A stretch of DNA of 32,000 bases from Nitrososphaerota archaeon (GCA_026712925.1 JAPOPJ010000240.1:1-32000), one strand, 5' to 3'. Shown: positions 1-8,475, numbered from the stretch's first letter. Notes: generated by a model not told the origin, from the sequence alone. Translations and numbers: made by a program.

Positions 1-2044
1 TGAAGATTATGGTTCCAGCACTTGAGGGTGCAGTGAATGATGGAGTAGCAGTAGTGGCATCAGTTAGGATCACATCAGGTCCAGAGGTCTTTGCCCAGGA
101 ATATGTAAGGGGGTCACTTTCTGGGTCTGTAGAACCGCTTCCATCTAGTGTTACTGATGAGCCTAGTACAACTAGTTGATCATTTCCTGCATTTGCAGTA
201 GGTGCAGTATTGGTGCCAGATTTTTTAGGAAGGTTTGAGACAGATATGGTAAACGACTCAGAGTTCCCAGTGCCAAATGCGCCAGTAGCATTTACAGTTA
301 CATCATACGAGGCCTGTGTAGGTTTAGCCTTTAGTTTGAGGTTGGAACCACTTATCTCAAAGTATGCTGAATCACCACCTGTCCCAATACTGTATGTGGG
401 GTTTTGCGCTACAAGTATACTATTTTGTGCAGAGATGCCACCTACAATTAGAGATGCATCTGTATAATCAACACTAGTGTCATCTAGTACGATATACCAC
501 TTGCCCAAATTCTGGCTAAACACTGCAGCATCATCAAACATAGAAGTCATGTTAGTTGCATTTGAAACATCCCAATCTGAGATATCTTGGTTAAAGGCTT
601 GTGTGTTGCTAAACATTTTAGTCATGATCTTTACATTTGATACATCCCAATTATTGAGGGGCTGGTTAAATGAATTGGAATTGTTGAACATATGGTCCAT
701 GTCAGTTACATTTGATACATCCCAATTATTGAGGGGCTGGTTAAATAAACTGGAATCTTTGAACATCCGGTCCATGTCAGCTACATTTGATACATCCCAA
801 TTATTGAGGGGCTGGTTAAAGACTTGCGTACCAATAAACATGTAAGCCATGTCAGTTACATTTGAGACATCCCAAGAGGAGAGGTCTTGGTTAAATACAC
901 TTGTATAAAAAAACATGCCACGCATTGTATTTGCACCAGAGACATCCCAAGAGGATATATCCTGGTTAAAATTCACTGCACGATCAAACATAAAGCCCAT
1001 GTCAGCTACATTTGAGACATCCCAAGAGGATATATCCTGATTGAACAGACGTGCTACTGCAAACATGTAACGTGCATTCTCCAAAGAAGAGACATTCCAG
1101 TCAGAGATATCTTGATTGAAATTCACTGCCCGGGTAAACATCTGAGACATGTTAGTTACCTTTGAGACATCCCAATCTGATATGTCACCATTAAACAAAG
1201 TAGCACTGTAGAACATACTATCCATGTTAGTTACACTTGAGACATCCCAATCTGATATGTCACCATTAAAGGATGTGGCATTGTAAAACATATTATTCAT
1301 ATCAGTCACTTCAGACAAGTTTGGTACATCAGTTGCATTATACACCATATTACTAGCACCGCGGAACATGCCACTCATGTCAGACCACTCAATGTCACCC
1401 CACTGCTCTATTGATGCAAGCTTTGCTGTGGCAGTATCTGTATGAGAAGTATGGTTAATTTTAGATAGATCTCCAGATATAGTAACTGTGTACGTACCCG
1501 AACTGCCATATATGTGAGAAATTGTACCGGCTGTAGATTGAGTAGTGCCATCACCCCAATCTACAGTATAGGTCTTGCCAGGTGCGGCAGTTCCATGTAT
1601 AATTATTCCGAGATTCTGGGAAGTTACAGTCCATGTGGTGATAAATGGATCATAGTCCTGAACCGATATAACTACCGTATCAGTTACTGTCGCGGTCCCA
1701 TCACTGATACTTAGTGTAAATGTAATGTCAGTGTCAACATCAACTGCAGGAGCAGTAAACGAGGCAGAAAGTGAGTCACTACCAGTAATTACCAGTCCTT
1801 GCACATCAGAGGTCCACGCATATGTAAGGACATCAGTTGCATCTGCATCACTAGCTGTACCTGAAAGTGTGACAGTCTTACCCTCTTGCACTGTCTGCTT
1901 TGTGCCCGCATCTACTGTTGGCAACTCATTTACCTGACCATACACATCAAAATCATACATGCCCGGGACACAAGTAGTTGCCAAAAGCATTACTACTCCC
2001 AAGACAAAAATTACACCATTACTTGTTAGCCCAATACCACTCAT
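1..2044 (-). CDS. Large secreted/surface protein (5' complete, C-terminus beyond window). It has an N-terminal signal/anchor, PKD-like Ig domains and about 12 tandem 25-aa DUF285/BspA-type repeats
   Basis: Manual translation of the minus strand from ATG at 2044 (MSGIGLTSNGVIFVLGVVMLLATT...) stays open to position 1, with the frame checked at both ends. The repeat FNQ(D/P)(I/L)S.WDVS.V.(D/N)M..MF recurs every 25 aa. DAGTKQTVQEGKTVTLSGTASD..LTYAWT and ANAGNDQLVVLGSSVTLDGSGSTDPESDPLTYSW are PKD-like. It is absent from the ORF track because no stop lies inside the window. Confidence 0.8.
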   Translation of the reverse strand, partial: MSGIGLTSNGVIFVLGVVMLLATTCVPGMYDFDVYGQVNELPTVDAGTKQTVQEGKTVTLSGTASDADATDVLTYAWTSDVQGLVITGSDSLSASFTAPAVDVDTDITFTLSISDGTATVTDTVVISVQDYDPFITTWTVTSQNLGIIIHGTAAPGKTYTVDWGDGTTQSTAGTISHIYGSSGTYTVTISGDLSKINHTSHTDTATAKLASIEQWGDIEWSDMSGMFRGASNMVYNATDVPNLSEVTDMNNMFYNATSFNGDISDWDVSSVTNMDSMFYSATLFNGDISDWDVSKVTNMSQMFTRAVNFNQDISDWNVSSLENARYMFAVARLFNQDISSWDVSNVADMGFMFDRAVNFNQDISSWDVSGANTMRGMFFYTSVFNQDLSSWDVSNVTDMAYMFIGTQVFNQPLNNWDVSNVADMDRMFKDSSLFNQPLNNWDVSNVTDMDHMFNNSNSFNQPLNNWDVSNVKIMTKMFSNTQAFNQDISDWDVSNATNMTSMFDDAAVFSQNLGKWYIVLDDTSVDYTDASLIVGGISAQNSILVAQNPTYSIGTGGDSAYFEISGSNLKLKAKPTQASYDVTVNATGAFGTGNSESFTISVSNLPKKSGTNTAPTANAGNDQLVVLGSSVTLDGSGSTDPESDPLTYSWAKTSGPDVILTDATTATPSFTAPSSAGTIIF
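520..1420 (-). repeat. About 12 tandem 75-bp coding repeats (25-aa DUF285/BspA-like units). The units starting near 633, 708 and 783 are nearly identical
   Basis: The core ...catttga(t/g)acatcccaa... recurs at 558, 633, 708, 783, 858, 933, 1008, 1083, 1158, 1233, 1308 and 1383, an exact 75-bp spacing. Confidence 0.85.
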
Positions 2045-2077
2045 AAACAAACACCTAATTTTACGTAGAAATTTTAC

Positions 2078-2338
2078 CTAGCATACAAAACACCGTGTAA
2101 ATGATGTGAACTTTGGATACGTTCTTTGCACATGCATATACTGTACATCTTGCGGTAGTAGATACTGCATCGCATTCCTAACAGTTGCCAGTGTCTGCAT
2201 GTCCCAGCATTGCTTGTCTAGTAATACAAAACCCGCAGACATTTGAGGATTTGATTCATACCCCAAGGAGGCTTTGCATGACGCATCCACATAATATGGC
2301 ACACTTGACTGCCTGCCCATATCACATCTCATAATCAT
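2078..2338 (-). CDS. Hypothetical small protein (doubtful)
   Basis: ORF only. The C/W/M/Q-rich composition is atypical and no motif was recognised. Confidence 0.15.
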   Translation of the reverse strand: MIMRCDMGRQSSVPYYVDASCKASLGYESNPQMSAGFVLLDKQCWDMQTLATVRNAMQYLLPQDVQYMHVQRTYPKFTSFTRCFVC

Positions 2339-2523
2339 TAGCTTGTCCTAATTTGACATCTATATAATCCATTTGCTCACATTATGTAAAGAAAGAGCAA
2401 ATTTTTTTTCACTACAGTCAAGACGTAATATGAATACCGCAGGTAATCACTACAGTACAAATTCATGCACCACGTATAGGTGTCACATCTAGGATATAGT
2501 ACATGAGTCCCCAAAAGGCATAA

Positions 2524-3417
2524 GTGAGGAAGAGACAGGGGCAGATATACATGCAAAGTCCTAATGCAAACTATTTGGACATCACGATACCAAAACCGTT
2601 TGTAAAGTGGGCAGGTGGAAAGCGGCAGCTAGTTTCCACACTAGCAGAGAACCTACCAAAGTCATTTGGTACATACTTTGAACCATTCCTAGGAGGCGGC
2701 GCATTGTTCTTTTACATCCTTACAAGACAGAATAAACAAAGATGCAACATCTCTGATCTTAACTCTGATCTCATCACCACATACATTACAATACGCGACA
2801 AAGTTGACGAGCTTGTATCTTCACTGAAAAACCACGAGAAGCATTACCAAAAAGATTCAAAGACATACTATTACGCAATTAGACAAAATAACCCCAAAGA
2901 TAGTATTGAAAGGGCATCAAGGTTGCTCTTTCTAAATAGAACTTGCTTTAATGGCCTGTACAGAGTAAATAGTAAAGGAATGTTCAATGTGCCGCTTGGA
3001 AGCTATACAAAACCCAAGATAGTCAACGAGGAGAATCTGCGCGCAGTAAATAATATCCTACAGTCCCATGACATATCAATTAGGTATCGCGATTTTGCAG
3101 ACATACTTGATGATGTCAGAGAAAACGACCTAGTATATTTTGATCCACCATATCAGCCCATCAGTGCCACAGCAAGCTTTACTAGTTATACATCCAACGA
3201 CTTTACAACTAATGACCTAGACAGACTCTACGTGCTCTGCCAAAAGCTAGATTCTAAAGGATGTAAAGTAATGCTCTCAAACTCGGACTCTGAAAAAGTC
3301 TTTGAGATGTTTTCACACAAACCGTGGAAGATATGCAAAGTGAGTGCAATGCGGGCAATTAATTCAGATTCTAAAAAACGCACTGGGCACTTTGAATTGC
3401 TTATAAAAAATTATTAA
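2524..3417 (+). CDS. dam: Dam-family (D12 class) N6-adenine DNA methyltransferase
   Basis: Motifs FVKWAGGKRQL, FEPFLGGGALFF (FxGxG), NRTCFNGLYRVN and VYFDPPYQP (DPPY). The GTG at 2524 lies about 26 nt after the TATA-like GGATATAG. ATG at 2551 is an alternative start. Confidence 0.85.
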   Translation: MRKRQGQIYMQSPNANYLDITIPKPFVKWAGGKRQLVSTLAENLPKSFGTYFEPFLGGGALFFYILTRQNKQRCNISDLNSDLITTYITIRDKVDELVSSLKNHEKHYQKDSKTYYYAIRQNNPKDSIERASRLLFLNRTCFNGLYRVNSKGMFNVPLGSYTKPKIVNEENLRAVNNILQSHDISIRYRDFADILDDVRENDLVYFDPPYQPISATASFTSYTSNDFTTNDLDRLYVLCQKLDSKGCKVMLSNSDSEKVFEMFSHKPWKICKVSAMRAINSDSKKRTGHFELLIKNY

Positions 3418-3419
3418 AA

Positions 3420-3493
3420 AGCCTCGAACGGGATCCGGACCCGCGACCTTTACCTTACCAAGGTAACGCTCTACCAGGCTGAGCTATCGAGGC
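3420..3493 (-). tRNA. tRNA-Thr (anticodon GGU), intronless
   Basis: Hand-folded cloverleaf from the reverse complement: GCCTCGA/TCGAGGC acceptor, GCTC..GAGC D stem, TTACC-TTGGTAA-GGTAA anticodon arm, GCGGG-TCCGGAT-CCCGT T arm. A TATA-like AATTATAAGG lies about 28 nt upstream. Confidence 0.85.
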
Positions 3494-3782
3494 ACAAGTT
3501 TGCCTCGTATGAAATCCTTATAATTCTTGGTTCTTGTATTATTCATGAATTATTTCTTAAATTCAGGGCTTTGTAATCTCTGATTATGATATCCATATCA
3601 AATGGCAAACAACGTCATAATTTCCTCATACCGTACAGGCGGGTTTTGGTCTGGTATAATGACTTTCTGCCGTGCCAGATGTAGATGAAATGATTTGACA
3701 TCTTTACACACATTACCAAAGTAATGAATTTGAGGCACACATGCACTAAACTGTTAAATCTTACACAGATTCTTATTCACTT

Positions 3783-3904
3783 GGAGGAGTAATCAAGCCT
3801 GGCCAAAGTAAGCACATCGTGCTTTTGGACATGCAGGACTTAAGATCAAATAATGGGTGATCCTGTCTCTCAGGAGTTCGCGGGTTCAAATCCCGCCTCC
3901 TCCA
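3783..3904 (+). tRNA. tRNA-Leu (anticodon UAA), class II. It carries a canonical 37/38 intron (about 3845-3859) and a probable second 22-nt intron in the D arm (about 3809-3830)
   Basis: GGAGGAG/CTCCTCC acceptor, GCGGG-TTCAAAT-CCCGC T arm, and CAGGA-CTTAAG[15 nt]A-TCCTG anticodon arm. Removing 3809-3830 yields the canonical D arm TA-ATC-AAGCCTGGCCAAA-GAT-G. The mature length is then 85 nt. Confidence 0.75.
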
Positions 3905-3905
3905 C

Positions 3906-4292
3906 TTATTTTGGATTTCTGATTCCCTTGGAGTTGAGAACCTCATATACATCAGGTAGTGAAAATACAAACCCGATATGGACACAATCTTTTTCCTCGC
4001 ATAGCTGACAGAACAGCTCGCCACCTTGGACTGCAACCTCGGCAATCCTGTTTTTTATATTATCCTTGAGTAGAATACGATCATCATCAACTGAAATCTT
4101 TTCAATCTTGGGAGCATATCTTGCAAAAGTTTTGTCTTTTTGCATCATCTCTTCGAGCATGTATGTGACATATCCTGAAAAACTATTGACACCCTTCATT
4201 GTGAGTGAGTCTTTGTTTTGCTGATAGACCTCTTGGAATTTATCATAGACTGTATCTGAAACTGTGATAGATTTGAATCCGGCTTTTGGCAA
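3906..4292 (-). CDS. Small putative DNA-binding protein with an N-terminal ribbon-helix-helix-like segment
   Basis: The N-terminus KSITVSDTVYDKFQEVY resembles a CopG/RHH beta-strand plus helix. The C-terminal part contains CQLCEEKDCVH. The fold assignment is by pattern only. Confidence 0.45.
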   Translation of the reverse strand: MPKAGFKSITVSDTVYDKFQEVYQQNKDSLTMKGVNSFSGYVTYMLEEMMQKDKTFARYAPKIEKISVDDDRILLKDNIKNRIAEVAVQGGELFCQLCEEKDCVHIGFVFSLPDVYEVLNSKGIRNPK

Positions 4293-4510
4293 TTTACTTT
4301 TCCCTTACCGTACATTAAGGTACTATGGTATATAACATTTTACTCTTGCTTTGTTCGTAAGTGTTATCTTGTGTGTAGTATGAAAAGTGAGTCTGCGTGC
4401 TGGCTAGGTCATATCACCCATATCAAAGGTATCAAGATGAATAGTTCTACATGCCATAATCCTGCCGGGCAGATAATCAGTCTTATACCATACCATACCC
4501 CATAGATAGT

Positions 4511-5398
4511 ATGGGACGTGGCTATCATTCTGAGGAGATTCGAGAAAAGCTGATTCAAACCCTTGCAGACTCAAAATCAGGAATGTCTGGTGTTGAGATT
4601 GCAGAAGCACTTGGCATAAACAGAGCAACTATGACAAAATACCTTAGGGTTTTTGCAGTAGAGGGACTCTTGCACCGAAAGGATGTTGGAAATATAATAC
4701 TGTGGTCACTAGAGCCGGGTCAAGAATCATACGACTTTCCAGCCGACTACTTCAAGGTAGCCCCCATATTTCTAGAGTTTCTGTTAAAGTATTCTGAAGA
4801 GGGTGCATGTGCGCTAATTAGAAACTGTCTTCACTCAGGAGCATCCGTGGAAAAACTCGTAACTGAAGTAATAGTACCTGCAATATCATCTGTTGAAAAA
4901 TCATTTGACGGTGGAAAGATGGGAAGCTCTGAGCAGAGATTCATCCAGAATATCATATCAAGATCACTGCACATACTCAATCACACTTTAGTAGAATCAG
5001 ACCCAAAAAAGAGCATCATAGTAATGTCTGCTGACCAGGCAAGCAGCCCACTCTCAGAAGCTGCCGCTACTGCACTGCGCCAGACAGGATGGACCGTATT
5101 TCACCTAGGCGATATGTCTTCAGCTGTAAACGTGCTTTTTGATCTTGACTTTCAAAAGCTGCTCGGAAAGATTGCAAAGCAAAAGTCTAGCACCACTACA
5201 GTTCTGGTATTTTCAAACACCGAAGAGGGATTGAATTTTTTCTCTGATTCTATTCGTTCCATCAAACAAAAATCTAAAAAATCCATAAAGCTTGTACTGT
5301 GTGGTAAGGTCGGAAAAAAGACAAAGATAGAATATGATTTCATGTCTGCAAAGTTTGATGATATTATTCAATGGTCAAAATCAGTTCAACACACCTAA
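4511..5398 (+). CDS. Winged-HTH transcriptional regulator with a C-terminal cobalamin(B12)-binding-like two-domain module (CarH-like architecture; the DxHxxG histidine is absent)
   Basis: The N-terminal MSGVEIAEALGINRATMTKYLRVFAVEGLL is a wHTH. The helical-bundle-like VIVPAISSVEKSFDGGKMGSSEQRF is followed by the Rossmann-like KKSIIVMSADQASSPLSEAAATALRQTGWTVFHLG. Confidence 0.5.
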   Translation: MGRGYHSEEIREKLIQTLADSKSGMSGVEIAEALGINRATMTKYLRVFAVEGLLHRKDVGNIILWSLEPGQESYDFPADYFKVAPIFLEFLLKYSEEGACALIRNCLHSGASVEKLVTEVIVPAISSVEKSFDGGKMGSSEQRFIQNIISRSLHILNHTLVESDPKKSIIVMSADQASSPLSEAAATALRQTGWTVFHLGDMSSAVNVLFDLDFQKLLGKIAKQKSSTTTVLVFSNTEEGLNFFSDSIRSIKQKSKKSIKLVLCGKVGKKTKIEYDFMSAKFDDIIQWSKSVQHT

Positions 5399-5444
5399 AG
5401 CACTAGTAATTATCATCAAGTAGAAATTTCTAGAATGCACACAT

Positions 5445-5496
5445 GGTTCTAGTTTGTGGTTCTAGTTTGTGGTTCTAGTTTGTGGTTCTAGTTTGT
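5445..5496. repeat. Perfect tandem repeat GGTTCTAGTTTGT x4 (13 bp)
   Basis: Read directly. Copies at 5445, 5458, 5471 and 5484, in the convergent spacer between the regulator gene and amoA. Confidence 0.95.
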
Positions 5497-5613
5497 ATGA
5501 TTCTAACATGTAAGTACATCAGCTAAAATGTCGGTACGCGTAAAACCAAATCAAATAGATACAGAATGATAATGCCAGTATGGTAAAACGGTAGGATCTG
5601 TAGAGCAACCCTG

Positions 5614-5637
5614 AGAGATAGAAAATGAAAAGAAGGG
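5614..5637 (-). terminator. Putative archaeal oligo-T terminator downstream of amoA
   Basis: The minus strand reads CCCCTTCTTTTCATTTTCTATCTC starting 11 nt after the amoA stop. Confidence 0.35.
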
Positions 5638-5647
5638 GATGTTGTAT

Positions 5648-6298
5648 CTAGTCCCACTTGGACCAAGCGGCCATCCATCTGTATGTCCACGTATTGAGCT
5701 TACAGCCCAACGCCGCAAACGTACATGACAAAACAGCACCCGCACCCGCACCCAACGCAACCGGGCTATTGTAGAACTTGCCTACCTGCGGTTCTATGGG
5801 TGTCATGTATGGTGGTAGTGTCGGTCTTGGATATTTGAAGGCCGTTTCTAGTGGGTCTGCTACTGTTATCAGGTTCACCATATTGAATAATGGTAATGAC
5901 ATTCCTACCAGTACACCTCCAAAGAAGATCAACGAGTGTTTATTCTTCTTTGTCGCCCAGTACGCCAAATCAAGCAACATTGCTGATGGAAGCCATACCG
6001 GCGTTACTATGAAGTCATATGGATAGCCGAGTGCAAACCATGCGCCTTTGGCAATCCACGTGTATACCGTCATAATTAGGGCATAGTACGTAGCCGTGCC
6101 TGGAACGCCTGTAAACGTAAGATAGTATGTTGCACCTACTACAAGCATCAACGTTTGCGATATAGAGAATACCGTAAACGATGTCCAAGCCCAGTCAGTG
6201 TAGAAGATGTAGTCACCTGCATTAATTGTTAACAGTGTTGAGTTAACTGCAACCACTACTATGAACAAGTAGTGTGTACATCGTCTTAACCAGACCAT
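5648..6298 (-). CDS. amoA: Archaeal ammonia monooxygenase subunit A
   Basis: A 216-aa product, MVWLRRCTHYLFIVVVAVNSTLLTINAGDYIFYTDWAWTSF...WMAAWSKWD. I recognise it as essentially the Nitrosopumilus AmoA sequence. Confidence 0.97.
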   Translation of the reverse strand: MVWLRRCTHYLFIVVVAVNSTLLTINAGDYIFYTDWAWTSFTVFSISQTLMLVVGATYYLTFTGVPGTATYYALIMTVYTWIAKGAWFALGYPYDFIVTPVWLPSAMLLDLAYWATKKNKHSLIFFGGVLVGMSLPLFNMVNLITVADPLETAFKYPRPTLPPYMTPIEPQVGKFYNSPVALGAGAGAVLSCTFAALGCKLNTWTYRWMAAWSKWD

Positions 6299-6322
6299 TA
6301 AACAGTTAGAGATAGGGTCAGT

Positions 6323-6330
6323 ATATAAAA
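6323..6330 (-). promoter_or_regulatory. TATA box of amoA (minus strand TTTATATA), about 25 nt upstream of the ATG
   Basis: The minus strand reads AAAATTTTATATAC. The spacing implies a leaderless or very short-leader mRNA. Confidence 0.4.
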
Positions 6331-6405
6331 TTTTAGAAAATGATGAAGATCGTCATTTCAGAGAAGTTTAAAATGAAAAAGAAGTGTCCGAAGGAGTATT
6401 TCCTT

Positions 6406-6768
6406 CTAGTTGCCGACGAATAGGGCTATTAATATCGTACCTACCGTCACAGCTGCTATGGTTCCAGCTACTAGGCCGTTACTATTCTTGTTAGAGCCTT
6501 CTTGTGTGACTTTAACGCAAAAGATGTAACCAATCGCCTCAATAATTGTGAGTACGATGAAAGCATAGTGTCCACTCGGTGTCGGGTATGCCCACGGATA
6601 GTAAAAGTATCCTGCTGCAGTACCTCCAAAAGTAGCCAACCAGGCTGCTATGAAGGAGATTGTAATTACGCCAGTCATATTCTCGACACGTTTGCCGATC
6701 ATACGTTCTACGTCAGCACTAGATGCGCCACCTGCGCCACCTGAACCAAATCCTTTCGGGAGAGTCAT
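6406..6768 (-). CDS. amoX: AmoX (ORF38-like), a small membrane protein of the archaeal AMO cluster
   Basis: A 120-aa multi-TM protein encoded between amoA and amoC, the position conserved in Nitrosopumilales. It has a Gly-rich N-terminus and hydrophobic helices. Confidence 0.8.
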   Translation of the reverse strand: MTLPKGFGSGGAGGASSADVERMIGKRVENMTGVITISFIAAWLATFGGTAAGYFYYPWAYPTPSGHYAFIVLTIIEAIGYIFCVKVTQEGSNKNSNGLVAGTIAAVTVGTILIALFVGN

Positions 6769-6976
6769 CTGTGGTTATACTAAACAGAATACTTTTAAGT
6801 CTTTCCTAATCTGCCGGATTATTGCGCAATTCGACTGTAACTAGTCATATCTGACCCTTCTAGTTTGACAAACACACGCAAAGAAACCAGAATCTGAACA
6901 AAATCAGCCATAAAACAGATGTGTATGATAGCCAGCTGCCCCAGCACAAAGTGTATCACACAAGCCACAGACTAGA

Positions 6977-7013
6977 GGATATAAAATAAAAGAAAAAAAT
7001 GTGCAAAGTGCAC
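6977..7013 (-). terminator. Hairpin plus T-tract terminator after amoC
   Basis: The minus strand reads GTGC-ACTTT-GCAC followed by ATTTTTTTCTTTTATTTTAT, beginning 6 nt after the stop. Confidence 0.45.
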
Positions 7014-7018
7014 TTTTT

Positions 7019-7594
7019 CTATGGGATTGCTCTGCTGTACAGTTTACCCTCTAGGGCCATCTTGTACATTTCAGCAACATACGGATTCTCACCAGGTGTC
7101 TCTGCTCCTAGTTCTACCAGTCTAGCATATACTCGGACTACGTAGGCTAGGGCACCCATGAATGCAACAACTACACCCATGTTAAACATCCAGTGATTTG
7201 GTACTGCAAATATCTCCTCTACAAACCAAAAGTGCCACATCTCGTTAACTCCAATGGTGAACATGGTTGCCAGATAACCAAGAATGGTCATCTTTAATCC
7301 AGTATTCATCGAGTTGTTTGGACCTCTGAGAATAGGTACCTTTCTATCATACATTGCAACTGATGCCCAGCCAAGCGGCAATGCTACAAAGTGGGAGTAT
7401 AGCCACCAGTGTGCTGGGGTAAATGCGCTGTCTCTGATAGATGTCTGGTGCAGTGAGCCGTCAACAAAGTTGTCCACTTCGACTGACGCTGCAGTTGATC
7501 CCATAGCTATGACGATGAGCCAGATTTTCTTTAGTCTCTGAATCTCAACTTCTTTTGGGATTAATGCCGGCATTTGTGCCATAGGTGTACTCAT
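7019..7594 (-). CDS. amoC: Archaeal ammonia monooxygenase subunit C
   Basis: MAQMPALIPKEVEIQRLKKIWLIVI...HWWLYSHFVALPLGW...EMWHFWFVEE matches archaeal AmoC. The upstream ORF extension to 7627 is unlikely. The TATA-like CTTTATATTT at 7604-7613 favours ATG 7582 (MAQMP) over 7594. Confidence 0.92.
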   Translation of the reverse strand: MSTPMAQMPALIPKEVEIQRLKKIWLIVIAMGSTAASVEVDNFVDGSLHQTSIRDSAFTPAHWWLYSHFVALPLGWASVAMYDRKVPILRGPNNSMNTGLKMTILGYLATMFTIGVNEMWHFWFVEEIFAVPNHWMFNMGVVVAFMGALAYVVRVYARLVELGAETPGENPYVAEMYKMALEGKLYSRAIP

Positions 7595-7841
7595 GTGGAT
7601 TTGAAATATAAAGCATGAGCTTTTCAAACTAGAGATTTTGTATGAAAAAACAATAAAACTAGCCTGAAAACTGTAAAAAATTGGTTTTCTGCTAAGGATT
7701 TATCTTAAAAATCTATCCTGTTTCTATCGGATTTGGTTGTTCAACATCAATGTCGAATCACACCACCATAATTACTAGATCCGTCAATCAAGGTAAAACA
7801 TATAACGCTGTGTATTATCTTTCTGAATATTAGGGATAACT

Positions 7842-8411
7842 ATGGTCGAAAAAAAAATAATCGTATTAGGACTATCGGTTGTACTTGCCCTAGGTACGCT
7901 CGGCTTTAACTGGGTCGAGACAATCATGCCTACAGCAGAAGCACACGGTGTCCAGGCACAACTTCAGAGTCGTTTCATCAGAATCGAAGATGAAACCTTC
8001 AACAGACAATCCTTGCAGACTGGCGAGACCTTGACGCTTCAGGGAACACTAGTCAGTCTTGTAGAAAGAGATCTAAGAGGATGGATATCTATCTTCTCAG
8101 AATCCACAAATGCTGGAAACAGATGGGAGATGTTGGCTAGAGACCCACCAGGTAATGTCTTTGACATTCCAGGTAATACTCAGATTGCCTATTCACTGTC
8201 TGCAAAGGCACTAGAGGCAGGAGTATATCATGTGCACACACAACTTAACGTGGCAAGTGTAGGTCCAGGACTCGGTCCAGGTCAAACAGTAGTAGTTGAA
8301 GGTGAACCAATTATCAAAGAGATCCCATACACCAACATTGCATACCAGTCAATCATAATTGGTGTTGGATATGTGATCACCTTTGCAACAAGACCCTGGC
8401 AAGTAATCTAA
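7842..8411 (+). CDS. amoB: Archaeal ammonia monooxygenase subunit B
   Basis: 189 aa with a signal peptide then AEAHGVQAQLQSRFI...VYHVHTQLNV and a C-terminal TM segment. It is divergent from amoC. Confidence 0.93.
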   Translation: MVEKKIIVLGLSVVLALGTLGFNWVETIMPTAEAHGVQAQLQSRFIRIEDETFNRQSLQTGETLTLQGTLVSLVERDLRGWISIFSESTNAGNRWEMLARDPPGNVFDIPGNTQIAYSLSAKALEAGVYHVHTQLNVASVGPGLGPGQTVVVEGEPIIKEIPYTNIAYQSIIIGVGYVITFATRPWQVI

Positions 8412-8475
8412 CAACCCCCACCCCTTTCCTTTTCATTTTCCAATACTACAACTTCCCAAGTTTTATCTGTCATGA

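Noticed and set aside
100-116. Suspected frameshift at the G-run in the C-terminal PKD-like domain of the surface protein
   Set aside because: On recount the run is five G (109-113), and the frame ...STDPESDPLTYSWAKTSGPDV... is intact. My first reading had dropped one base.
210-1937. Plus-strand ORFs 210..467, 477..845 (with its own FDTSQLLRGWLN repeats), 1514..1714 and 1725..1937
   Set aside because: They are antisense readings of the long minus-strand surface-protein gene. The minus-strand translation gives recognisable PKD and DUF285/BspA motifs and is continuous from 2044 to the window start.
3773-4045. 90-aa minus-strand ORF overlapping tRNA-Leu
   Set aside because: It runs antisense through a well-folding tRNA gene and overlaps the better-supported 3906..4292 ORF in another frame.
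5445-5496. Tandem repeat arrays at 5445-5496 and 27496-27594 as possible CRISPR arrays
   Set aside because: The units are 11-13 bp and directly abutting, with no spacers. No cas genes or leader are present.
5551-7541. ORFs 5551..5760, 5778..6026, 6502..6744, 6650..6844 and 7284..7541 inside or antisense to the amo genes
   Set aside because: They overlap amoA, amoX and amoC, which are identified with high confidence. The composition of these ORFs is not protein-like.
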